Positions 1 through 8,631 are shown, counted from the stretch's first letter. The stretch: DNA of 64,000 nt from Candidatus Woesearchaeota archaeon (GCA_964393215.1 CAYMSW010000001.1:7236-71235), one strand, 5' to 3'. The notes: generated by a model not told the origin, from the sequence alone. A program made the numbers and translations.

Positions 1-2109
1 GGAGAATCTGTCATAAGAATGGATGGAATTCTAAGAAGAAATGCCAAAACAGGTATTGGAGAATCAGTCAAGGTCAGAAAATCAGAAGTTAAAGAAGCAA
101 AGAAAGTTACAATTGCTCCAGCACAACAAGGTGTCATGATAAGAGGAGATCCAAATGGATTGAAAAGAGGATTATTAGGAAGAGCAGTAGTTGTAGGGGA
201 TATTATTTCAATAGGTGGTTCAAACAGAAGAAGATCAACATTCTCTGGAAGTCCATTCGAAGAAATGTTTGGAGATATTTTCCAAGATGTTATGGGTTCA
301 GGAGGTTTCATGGGCTCAGTTGGTAGTCTAAGATTCGTAGTTGCAGAATCAAAACCTGCAAACGTTCCAGTAATTATTACAGAAAGCACAGAGCTACATC
401 TAAGTTCAAAAAAAATAGAAATTAAAGAAGATGCAGTAGCACCAGATGTTACTTACGAAGATATTGGTGGCTTAGATGAAGAAGTAAAGAAAGTTAGAGA
501 AATGGTAGAGCTTCCAATGAAGCATCCAGAATTATTTGAAAAACTGGGTGTTGAACCGCCAAAAGGAATCTTACTTTACGGTCCTCCAGGAACAGGTAAA
601 ACTCTTTTAGCTAAAGCAGTAGCAAATGAAACTGAAGCAAATTTCATATTAGTTAACGGACCAGAAATTATGAACAAATTCTACGGAGAATCAGAAAAGA
701 GACTTAGAAAAATATTCGAAGATGCTTCTGAAAAATCACCATCTATAATTTTTATTGATGAATTAGATGCAATCGCATCCAAGAGAGAAGAAACTCAAGG
801 AGAGGTTGAGAGGAGAGTTGTTGCACAGTTACTAACATTAATGGACGGACTAAACAAAAGAGGAAACGTCGTAATCATGGCTGCAACAAACAGAGCTAAC
901 TCAATTGATCCAGCATTAAGAAGACCAGGGAGATTCGATAGAGAAATAGTATTCGGAGTTCCAAATGAAAAAGGAAGATTGACTATTTTACAAATTCACA
1001 CAAGAAACATGCCTTTAGCAAAAGGAATCAACCTAAAAGAATTGGCAAAGTTAACACACGGATTTGTAGGTGCTGACTTACAAGCGCTAGCAAAAGAAGC
1101 AGCAATGTCTGCATTGAGAAAAGTACTGCCGGAATTAAACCTAAAAGAAAAAGGAAAGTTGCCAACAGGATTTTTAGATAAAGTAAAAATTACAGAAAAA
1201 GATTTCCATGACGCACTTAAATTAGTAAGACCTTCTGCAATGAGAGAAGTTCTAGTAGAAAAGCCAAACATAAGATGGGAAGATGTTGGTGGGTTAGAAT
1301 CTGTAAAATCAGAACTAAAAGAAGCAGTTGAATGGCCGCTAAAAAATCCAGATTCATTCAAGAGACTAGGAATCAAAGCACCAAAAGGAATCTTACTCTA
1401 TGGTCCGCCGGGAACCGGTAAAACATTACTAGCTAAAGCAGTCGCAGGAGAATCTGAAGCAAACTTTATAGTTGTAAAGGGACCTGAATTGATGTCCAAA
1501 TGGGTTGGAGAGTCCGAGAAAGGAATTAGAAAAATATTCTCTAAAGCAAGAGAAGTTTCACCAACAATAATTTTATTTGATGAAATAGATTCAATGACTT
1601 CAATCGGTGGAGATACACATGAAGTAACATCAAGAGTGGTTTCACAGTTCTTAACTGAGTTAGATGGTTTGGAAGAACTTAATGATGTTGTTGTAATTGG
1701 AACAACAAACAGACCAGATAAAGTAGACTCAGCACTGTTAAGACCAGGAAGATTCGATAGGATACTTTTAGCTCCAGTTCCAGACAAAGAAAGCAGAAAA
1801 CAAATATTTAACGTACACATACAAGGAATGAAATTAGCAAAAGATGTTGACACTACAAAACTCTCAGAACTAACTGATATGTATTCTGGTGCAGATATTG
1901 ATGCAGTTTGCAGGGAATCTGGAATGATCGCACTTAGAAAAGATCTGAACGCAAAAGAAATCACAATGGGCAACTTCAAAGAGGCAGTAAATAAAATAAA
2001 ACCTTCAATAACTGAAAACGATATCAAAAAGTACAAAGAAATTGAAGAGCAATATCTAAAAGTTGCAAGAGGAGCAGCAATTAGAGAAGCACAACATTAC
2101 ATGGGTTAA
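1..2109 (+). CDS. cdc48: CDC48/VCP family AAA+ ATPase (5' partial, frame open from base 1)
   Basis: Two AAA modules (GPPGTGKT Walker A twice, IIFIDE/IILFDE Walker B, RPGRFDR second region of homology); C-terminal HYMG HbYX-like tail. Confidence 0.96.
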   Translation, partial: GESVIRMDGILRRNAKTGIGESVKVRKSEVKEAKKVTIAPAQQGVMIRGDPNGLKRGLLGRAVVVGDIISIGGSNRRRSTFSGSPFEEMFGDIFQDVMGSGGFMGSVGSLRFVVAESKPANVPVIITESTELHLSSKKIEIKEDAVAPDVTYEDIGGLDEEVKKVREMVELPMKHPELFEKLGVEPPKGILLYGPPGTGKTLLAKAVANETEANFILVNGPEIMNKFYGESEKRLRKIFEDASEKSPSIIFIDELDAIASKREETQGEVERRVVAQLLTLMDGLNKRGNVVIMAATNRANSIDPALRRPGRFDREIVFGVPNEKGRLTILQIHTRNMPLAKGINLKELAKLTHGFVGADLQALAKEAAMSALRKVLPELNLKEKGKLPTGFLDKVKITEKDFHDALKLVRPSAMREVLVEKPNIRWEDVGGLESVKSELKEAVEWPLKNPDSFKRLGIKAPKGILLYGPPGTGKTLLAKAVAGESEANFIVVKGPELMSKWVGESEKGIRKIFSKAREVSPTIILFDEIDSMTSIGGDTHEVTSRVVSQFLTELDGLEELNDVVVIGTTNRPDKVDSALLRPGRFDRILLAPVPDKESRKQIFNVHIQGMKLAKDVDTTKLSELTDMYSGADIDAVCRESGMIALRKDLNAKEITMGNFKEAVNKIKPSITENDIKKYKEIEEQYLKVARGAAIREAQHYMG

Positions 2110-2978
2110 AAAGTAGTCTGACCTTCACCAACAATTACAGTATTCTCAGCCTGTGAAACCAAAACAGAAGGATCTTTCTCTTGTAAAACAGAATATTCCA
2201 TCAACACACCTTCTCTAACTAAATTATTCACACCAACTGCAATTTGAAACTTGTTAAACTTCTCAAGCAAATGTCTCTTAGCAAAAGGAAGTGTCTTAAA
2301 ATTCTCAGTAACAAACTTCATTATATTTCTGGCTTGCATGTTCCTAACGTTCTTGATATTCTGTAAACCGAATACCTCCGAACCCTTGCCTTCAACAACA
2401 GTCCCAGATCCAGTACTTGCGAAAGGCTCAATTGCAATCTTCTGTCCTTTCACTAACTTGGTACCGTCACCATTATCATAATTAGGAATGCTTGGAGAAT
2501 CATGAATATTATACTCACCAAGACCGTGTCCACTCAGATTACGAATGGGAACAAAACCAGCAGATTCTATCTCTTTCCCAATAACAGAACCAACTTCAGA
2601 GAGCTTTATTCCTGGCTTAATAACTTCAATTGCAGCCTTCAAAGCATTTCTAGAGGCATCCACTAACTTAGAATTTTTGCCCCCTAAATCAACTGTAATA
2701 GCGCAATCAGCTATACATCCTTCGATATGTACGCCCAAATCCAACTTAACTAAATCATCATCACCGAACTTAGAATCGTCCCCAATCAAAGCATTATAAT
2801 GGGCAGCAACATTATTCTTAGATAATTGTGTAGGAAAAGCCAATCTGCCACCAAGTTCTTTAATTTTGGCCTCAATCTTCTCAGTAACCTCAAGAACACT
2901 AGCCCCAGGTTTAACTAATTTAGAGCCATATTTTCTGGTTTCAGAAGCAATTTCTCCAGCTTTCTTCCATTTTTCCAT
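2106..2978 (-). CDS. map: Methionine aminopeptidase type II
   Basis: AAHY, KLDLGVHIEGCIADCA, NLSGHGL, IAIEPF motifs; likely start ATG 2978 (MEKWKKAGEIA) rather than the longer ORF start. Confidence 0.93.
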   Translation of the reverse strand: MEKWKKAGEIASETRKYGSKLVKPGASVLEVTEKIEAKIKELGGRLAFPTQLSKNNVAAHYNALIGDDSKFGDDDLVKLDLGVHIEGCIADCAITVDLGGKNSKLVDASRNALKAAIEVIKPGIKLSEVGSVIGKEIESAGFVPIRNLSGHGLGEYNIHDSPSIPNYDNGDGTKLVKGQKIAIEPFASTGSGTVVEGKGSEVFGLQNIKNVRNMQARNIMKFVTENFKTLPFAKRHLLEKFNKFQIAVGVNNLVREGVLMEYSVLQEKDPSVLVSQAENTVIVGEGQTTF

Positions 2979-3030
2979 GGCAAGAAGACAATAATAAAAC
3001 TTTAAAAACTTAATCCATAGTCTATACGCT

Positions 3031-5340
3031 ATGAAAGGGTTCATAATTTATCCAACATACAGAGTAATGAAAGACAAATCATTCGTATTCCTATTTGGTA
3101 GACTAGAAAATGGAGAATCGTTCCTAACAATAAATCAATTTGACCCATATTTCTTCATAGAAACAAAAAACCAAAAGAAAGCAGAAAAAATAGCTAAAGA
3201 TGCAAAATTCGAAAAAACAAATCTCACAAACTTCCAAAAAGAACCAGTAACAAAAATAATAGTAAACTCACCAAAAGAAGTTCCAGGAATAAGATCTGAA
3301 CTAGACAGACAAAAAATAAAAACATATGAGGCAGATATAAGGTTTCCAATCAGATTTTTGATAGATAATAATATACAAGGCTCACTAGATATAGATGGAG
3401 ACTACGAAAGCAACGATTACGTTGACAGAATTTACAAAGACCCGGACATAAAGTCAGTAGATTACACACCAACAAATCTAAAGATATTTTCATTTGACAT
3501 AGAATCAGACAAGAAAGGAAAACAACTATACTGCATCTCTGCTTATTCAAAGAATTACAAAAAATCATTCATAGTCTCAGACAAAAAATTCAGCAACTCG
3601 GTTTCCTGCAAAACAGAAGAAGAACTATTAGATAGATTCAGGGAAGAGCTGCTTAGTTTTGATCCAGACATAATCACTGGGTGGAATTTAATCAACTTTG
3701 ATCTAAACATGCTAAAAGAAAGATTCAAGAAATACGAAATCCCATTCAACTTAGGAAGAGATAATTCAATTTCAAAATTAAGAATAGAACAAAACTTCTT
3801 TAGAACAAGCAAGGCAGACATTTCTGGAAGAGTGGTTTTGGACGGAATAGATCTAACAAAATCATCTTTCGTCAAATTGGACAACTACAGATTAAACACT
3901 GTAGCAAAAGGGCTTCTAGGAAAATCAAAGATAATAGAAAAAACAGGAAAAGAAAAATACGAAGAAATAGATAGACTCTACAAAAAAGACCAAAAAAAAT
4001 TAATTGAATACAACCTACTGGATTCTGAACTAGCATATGATGTAATCACAAAAACAGTTCTAATGGATTTAGCAATACAAAGATCAAAATTAACAGGAAT
4101 GCCATTGGACAGAGTTAACGCATCTATAGCTTCTCTAGATTTCCTATACTTACAAAAAGCAAGAGAAAGAAAATTAGTAGCACCAACTGCAGATCCAAAA
4201 GAAAGAGAAACAAGAATAAAAGGCGGCTACGTAATGGAATCAAAGCCAGGAATTTACGATAACTTAATTGTTTTAGACTTCAAGTCACTATATCCTTCAC
4301 TTATCAGAACTTTCAACATTGATCCATCATCATATTTAGAAAAAAAGAAAAAAGGAGCAATAGAATCTCCAAACGGAGCGTACTTCGATTCCAAAGATGG
4401 AATTCTTCCAGAAATTATTCCAAAACTTTGGGCAGCCAGAGACAAAACAAGAGAGAAGAAAGACGAAATTGGAAGATATGCAATAAAAATCTTAATGAAT
4501 TCATTCTTTGGAGTATTAGCAAACCCTAACTGCAGATTTTATAACATAAAAATAGCAAACGCAATAACTCACTTCGGACAAGAATTAATTAAAAATACAG
4601 CAAAAATGGTTGGAGAGAAAGGATACGAAGTAATCTACTCAGACACAGATTCTATTTTCATAGACACAAAATCAGATTCGGAAAAAAAAGCAGGAGAAAT
4701 AGGGAAGAAATTAGAAAAAGAAATTAACCAATTCTACAAAAAACACATAAAAAAAGAATATAACAGAGAAAGCCGTTTAGAATTAGAATATGAAAAATTG
4801 TATACAAGATTTATGATGCCCAAGATAAGGGGCAGTGAAGAAGGAGCAAAGAAGAGATATGCAGGATTATTAAAAAAAGATGGAAAAGAAAAATTAGATA
4901 TAGTTGGACTAGAATCTGTAAGAGGAGACTGGACAGAAGCTGCAAAGAAATTTCAACTAGAACTATTGGATAGAATATTCCACAAAAAAGAAGTTACAAA
5001 ATTCGTTAAAAAATTCGTAGATGACCTAAGAGAAGGAAAATACGATGATGAGTTAATCTACAGAAAGGCTCTTAGGAAGGGGCTAGAGGGATACAAAGTA
5101 AATACTCCTCATTTAAAAGCCGCCAGAAAACTAAAAAAAATAGATTCAAGCAAAATAGAGTATTACATAACAACCGATGGACCTGAACCAATACAAGCAC
5201 TTAAACATAAAATAGATTATGAACACTATATCAATAAGCAAATAAAGCCAATTGCAGAAGCAGTTCTAGATTTTTTCGACACAAACTTTGATGAACTAAT
5301 AGAAGGGAAAAAACAAACTAACCTATTTGAGTTTAACTAA
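3031..5340 (+). CDS. polB: Family B DNA polymerase with 3'-5' exonuclease
   Basis: FDIES (Exo I), GWNLINFD (Exo II), YNLLD (Exo III), DFKSLYPS, KILMNSFFG, YSDTDS, KKRY; C-terminal QTNLFEF PIP-like motif. Confidence 0.96.
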   Translation: MKGFIIYPTYRVMKDKSFVFLFGRLENGESFLTINQFDPYFFIETKNQKKAEKIAKDAKFEKTNLTNFQKEPVTKIIVNSPKEVPGIRSELDRQKIKTYEADIRFPIRFLIDNNIQGSLDIDGDYESNDYVDRIYKDPDIKSVDYTPTNLKIFSFDIESDKKGKQLYCISAYSKNYKKSFIVSDKKFSNSVSCKTEEELLDRFREELLSFDPDIITGWNLINFDLNMLKERFKKYEIPFNLGRDNSISKLRIEQNFFRTSKADISGRVVLDGIDLTKSSFVKLDNYRLNTVAKGLLGKSKIIEKTGKEKYEEIDRLYKKDQKKLIEYNLLDSELAYDVITKTVLMDLAIQRSKLTGMPLDRVNASIASLDFLYLQKARERKLVAPTADPKERETRIKGGYVMESKPGIYDNLIVLDFKSLYPSLIRTFNIDPSSYLEKKKKGAIESPNGAYFDSKDGILPEIIPKLWAARDKTREKKDEIGRYAIKILMNSFFGVLANPNCRFYNIKIANAITHFGQELIKNTAKMVGEKGYEVIYSDTDSIFIDTKSDSEKKAGEIGKKLEKEINQFYKKHIKKEYNRESRLELEYEKLYTRFMMPKIRGSEEGAKKRYAGLLKKDGKEKLDIVGLESVRGDWTEAAKKFQLELLDRIFHKKEVTKFVKKFVDDLREGKYDDELIYRKALRKGLEGYKVNTPHLKAARKLKKIDSSKIEYYITTDGPEPIQALKHKIDYEHYINKQIKPIAEAVLDFFDTNFDELIEGKKQTNLFEFN

Positions 5341-5341
5341 G

Positions 5342-5357
5342 GTTGACACGTTGACAC
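5342..5357. repeat. Tandem 8-bp direct repeat GTTGACAC x2 right after the polB stop
   Basis: gttgacac-gttgacac read directly at 5342-5349 and 5350-5357. Confidence 0.7.
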
Positions 5358-5401
5358 AGACGCCAGTGAGCTATTTAAATTAAGTTTCTATAATTTGATT
5401 A

Positions 5402-6268
5402 ATGAAAAGAATTCCATGGAATAAAGGAAAAAAAGGATTACAAGTAGCTTGGAACAAAGGTTTAACGAAAGAGACAGACTCAAGAGTAAGAAAATATGCA
5501 TCTAAACTTCCCAAGGCAAGAAAAGGAATGAAACTTTCTGAGAGCCACAAAAGGAATATAGGAAATGCAATTAAAGGAAGAGTAGCACCAAATAAAGGCA
5601 TTCCTACTTCAGAGAAAACAAAGAAAAAATTGAGTAAACTTCTTTTAGGAAGGAAAAATCCATTCTATGGAAAAAAACATACATACGAAACAAGAAAAAA
5701 GATTTCATTATCTCGCATGGGCAAAGCTACAGGATCGAGAAACCCAAATTATATCGGGTTTGATATAGAAGAACATAAAGAGACAATAATAAACATGTAC
5801 TGGTCTGGAATGTCTGCAAACGAGATAGGCAGAAAATATGCTATTACGGGATCAACAATCTTAAAATATCTTAAAAATTGGAATATAAAACGCAGAAAAG
5901 GAGCATATGGATTTAGCGGACTATTATCATGTAAAGACAGCCATAAAGTAAGAAGTTACCCAGAACTCATAATCGATAATTTTTTGCATGAAAATGGAAT
6001 AAATCACGAAGTTGAAAAATCGTTTGATTTTAATAACAAAAAATACAAATGCGATTTTTATTTACCTGATTTGAATCTTTTCATAGAATATTGGGGAATT
6101 TATCATAATGAGAATTATTTGAAAAGAAAGGAAATAAAACTAATTTTATACAAAAAATTAAAGCTAAATCTTCTATCAATAGAATGGGACGAAAATCCGA
6201 TCGATAAACTAAAACCATTAATCCCCCTATGTGCCAAAAAACAGAAAGTATTAACAACTTTCAAGTAA
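5402..6268 (+). CDS. Free-standing homing-endonuclease-like protein (NUMOD3-type repeats, HTH, C-terminal PD-(D/E)XK/Vsr-like nuclease domain)
   Basis: WNKG repeats, LSESHKRNIGNAIKGR and HTYETRKKISLSRMGK NUMOD3-like motifs, HTH-like GMSANEIGRKYAITGSTI, nuclease-like RSYPE...CDFYLPDLNLFIEYWG. Confidence 0.7.
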   Translation: MKRIPWNKGKKGLQVAWNKGLTKETDSRVRKYASKLPKARKGMKLSESHKRNIGNAIKGRVAPNKGIPTSEKTKKKLSKLLLGRKNPFYGKKHTYETRKKISLSRMGKATGSRNPNYIGFDIEEHKETIINMYWSGMSANEIGRKYAITGSTILKYLKNWNIKRRKGAYGFSGLLSCKDSHKVRSYPELIIDNFLHENGINHEVEKSFDFNNKKYKCDFYLPDLNLFIEYWGIYHNENYLKRKEIKLILYKKLKLNLLSIEWDENPIDKLKPLIPLCAKKQKVLTTFK

Positions 6269-6278
6269 CAACAGAATA

Positions 6279-6330
6279 GAAACATTTATAAACCAGAATA
6301 ATTCTCAAAAATGTAAGAAATTCAAGAGGT
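6279..6330 (+). promoter_or_regulatory. Putative BRE/TATA promoter and RBS of the DGR target gene
   Basis: gaaacaTTTATAAA at about 6279-6292; GAGGT at 6326-6330, 7 nt before ATG 6338. Confidence 0.5.
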
Positions 6331-6337
6331 TTAAACA

Positions 6338-7162
6338 ATGAAAGACTACAAATTACAAGGAAATCCAGTCGTAGAAACCCCAATCGTTGGAAATTTAATA
6401 TACGATGAATTAGGGCAAGCAGTTGTAAGAAAAGTAAATGAACAATTTAAAGGCATTCAAAGAATAGAATATTCTCAAAAATTCAAGAAAAATCAAACAA
6501 TTACACATTCAAACACTCCAAGAGCATTAGCAATTAATCAAATTTTAAATGAATTAGGAGTAAATGCTCATGTTTTATCACCAGAAGAAGTAGTTCAGTA
6601 TTGGGATGCAATACCAGAAAGAGGAACAACTTATGCAGATACAAATGGTATTGTAGTTTTTCCAAACGAAGGACCAAACGAAATATTAAAACATAGAGTT
6701 TTAAGAATAGTGGGAAGAAATTCGATAGAGGATCCATTAGTTGTTTCTGAGTTAGGCGTTGAGAGAGACGATTCTTTGGAATGTGGTTTTACTTTCACAG
6801 AAACTGGAAATATTTTAGTTAGAGAGGCTCCATATCTAAAACAAGATGGAAGAGTTTCATATAATTCAGAAAAAGGAGAATTAGAATCTTCAGAAGAAGG
6901 AGTAAAAATTTGGACTCCATCAAATCAATCAGGTCTCAGGAGGCTTTACCGTAGCGGGGTTGGCGGCCTTGTTGCTAGGTTCGATGATCTGTTGGTCGCT
7001 GGCGGGGATGGTCGGGTACAATTAGTACAAGACCCGCAGGGTCTTGTCGAAAAAATTTCTGAGATTCAACTATCTTTAAAAAGAAATAAAGATGCAAGAA
7101 TTGCAGAAATAAATGAAAGACATGAAAAGGCTCAAAAATACCTGAAAACAGGTCAACTTTAA
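6338..7162 (+). CDS. DGR target (variable) protein, 274 aa, probable C-type-lectin-like fold with a C-terminal helical extension
   Basis: Contains the VR in frame (GLRRLYRSGVGGLVARFDDLLVAGGDGRV); no signal peptide or TM segment; the fold is inferred from typical DGR targets. Confidence 0.9.
   Translation: MKDYKLQGNPVVETPIVGNLIYDELGQAVVRKVNEQFKGIQRIEYSQKFKKNQTITHSNTPRALAINQILNELGVNAHVLSPEEVVQYWDAIPERGTTYADTNGIVVFPNEGPNEILKHRVLRIVGRNSIEDPLVVSELGVERDDSLECGFTFTETGNILVREAPYLKQDGRVSYNSEKGELESSEEGVKIWTPSNQSGLRRLYRSGVGGLVARFDDLLVAGGDGRVQLVQDPQGLVEKISEIQLSLKRNKDARIAEINERHEKAQKYLKTGQL
6932..7018 (+). repeat. DGR variable repeat (VR)
   Basis: Ungapped match to 7412-7498 (offset 480): 66/87 identical, and 20 of the 21 mismatches are at TR adenines. 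Confidence 0.96.
7027..7047. other. DGR hairpin/cruciform downstream of the VR: ACAAGACCC-GCA-GGGTCTTGT
   Basis: Perfect 9-bp inverted repeat with a 3-nt GNA loop, 8 nt after the VR end; absent after the TR. Confidence 0.85.
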
Positions 7163-7200
7163 TTTTTTATTATCTATATTTTTTTATATTATTTCTTTTT
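7163..7200 (+). terminator. T-rich archaeal terminator after the DGR target gene
   Basis: Several T5-T7 runs directly after stop 7162. Confidence 0.55.
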
Positions 7201-7411
7201 CATTAACAAAGTCCTAGCTTCATTATTTGGAGAATATCCTTCCTAAGGACAAACCTATGAAGAATAATGACATGGGCTACACGCTTGTTCATAAATACAA
7301 CAAGAAATGTTGTAATGAAATACAATAAAGATAGTTAGTAGCTATAAAAGATGTGTTGGAAGCTCTTTCGCGAATACTAAATTTATGGTGAAAATAAAAT
7401 ATGAATAAGCT

Positions 7412-7498
7412 AGTCTCAGGAGGCTTTACCGTAACAGGAATGACGAGCTTAATGCTAGGAACGATAATCTGTTGAACGCTAACGAGAATGGTCGAATA
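7412..7498 (+). repeat. DGR template repeat (TR)
   Basis: A-rich copy of the VR with 29 adenines and eight AAC/AAT codons in the VR reading frame, just upstream of the RT. Confidence 0.96.
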
Positions 7499-7531
7499 GT
7501 TCATGATATCGCTAGGACACATTTAATTAAG

Positions 7532-8630
7532 GTGAACAAAATAAAAACTTACAAAAATTTATACCCTAAAATATATTCCTATAACAATCTACTTCTAGCA
7601 TACAAAAAAGCAAAGAAGAGGAAAAGTTCAAAACAATATGTAATAGACTTCCAAAAAGATAAGCAAAGTAATATACTAAACATCAAAAAAGAGCTAGAAA
7701 AACAAACTTACAAACCATCAAAATTAACAAAAATAATAGTAAGGGATCCTAAAACAAGAACAATAAACAAATCCCAATTTAAAGATAGAATAATTCATCA
7801 TGCAATAGTCAACATTTTAGAACCAATCTATGAAAAAGTTTTCATAAACGACAATTACGCAAATAGAAAAAACAAAGGAACTCTAAAAGCAATACAAAGA
7901 TTCGACAAATTCAAAAGAACAGCAAGTAATAATGGAAAATTAGTAAAATACAATAAAAACAACAACATGGTTAAAGGATACATTCTAAAAGCAGATATAA
8001 AACGTTTCTTTGAAACAATTGACCAAGATGTATTATTAAATCTCCTAAAGAAGAAAATTAAAGACAACAAACTAATCTTATTAACAAAACAAGTATTATC
8101 TAATTATGGGGGGGGGCGAAGCCAAAGGAATGCCATTAGGAAATATGACTTCACAATTCCTAGCCAATGTTTATCTAAATGGGCTAGATTACTTCATAAA
8201 ACATAAACTAAAAGCAAAATATTACATAAGATATGTTGATGATTTTATAATTTTACATTCTTCAAAACAACAACTAGTCAAATGGAAAAAGGAAATAAGT
8301 AACTTCCTAAACAATGAATTAAAATTAGAACTACACAAAGATAAAACTAAAATATTTTCAATGTACAGAGGAACTAATTTCTTAGGATACAAATTATTCT
8401 ACAATTTCAAATTATTAAGAAAAAGAAACATAAATACATTCAAAAAAAGACTGAATAACAAAGTTAAAGAATACAAAAACAACCAATTGGACAAAGAAAA
8501 ACTATTAAGTAGCATTGATGGCTGGTTTGGATACGCCCAACATGCAAATACTTATAATTTAAGAAAGAGTATATTAAAAGAAATAAAGCTCACAAAAAAC
8601 GACAAACAAACAACTTTATTCGGATTTTAA
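7532..8630 (+). pseudogene. DGR reverse transcriptase, frameshifted at a G9 tract (phase-variable gene, pseudogene or assembly error)
   Basis: Upstream frame: KTYKNLY, DPKTRTI, FKDRIIHHA, LKADIKRFF. Downstream frame: GMPLGNMTSQFLAN, YIRYVDDF, FLGY. The frames join if G9 (8108-8116) were G8 or G11. Start uncertain (GTG 7532 or ATA 7541). Confidence 0.92.
8108..8116 (+). repeat. G9 homopolymer at the RT frameshift
   Basis: tat-ggggggggg-cgaa read directly. Confidence 0.95.
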
Positions 8631-8631
8631 A

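Larger units (their letters stand above)
6338..8630 (+). mobile_element. Diversity-generating retroelement (target gene with VR, hairpin, TR, RT; no avd seen)
   Basis: 87-bp VR/TR pair with adenine-specific mismatches plus a DGR-class RT carrying GNMTSQ and YVDD motifs. Confidence 0.96.

Noticed and set aside
996..2036. Long antisense ORFs here and elsewhere (e.g. 30376-30852, 49203-49688, 53470-54000, 61557-62012)
   Set aside because: Shadows of well-supported genes, with Ser/Phe/Leu-rich composition typical of reverse-complemented A-rich coding DNA
3031..5340. Intein in PolB, or the NUMOD3 nuclease as part of an intron
   Set aside because: PolB motifs are contiguous at normal length and the nuclease lies wholly after the polB stop
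7289..7522. Minus-strand 77-aa ORF over the TR as a possible accessory (avd) gene
   Set aside because: Antisense to the TR/RT, too short, no Avd-like features; likely a shadow ORF
7472..8630. Group II intron, retron or CRISPR-associated RT
   Set aside because: SQ-type motif, no maturase or HNH domain, no cas genes, and a clear adenine-specific TR/VR pair point to a DGR
8106..8630. Independent 174-aa gene starting at ATG 8106
   Set aside because: It is the C-terminal half of the RT; the ATG is incidental to the G tract and has no RBS
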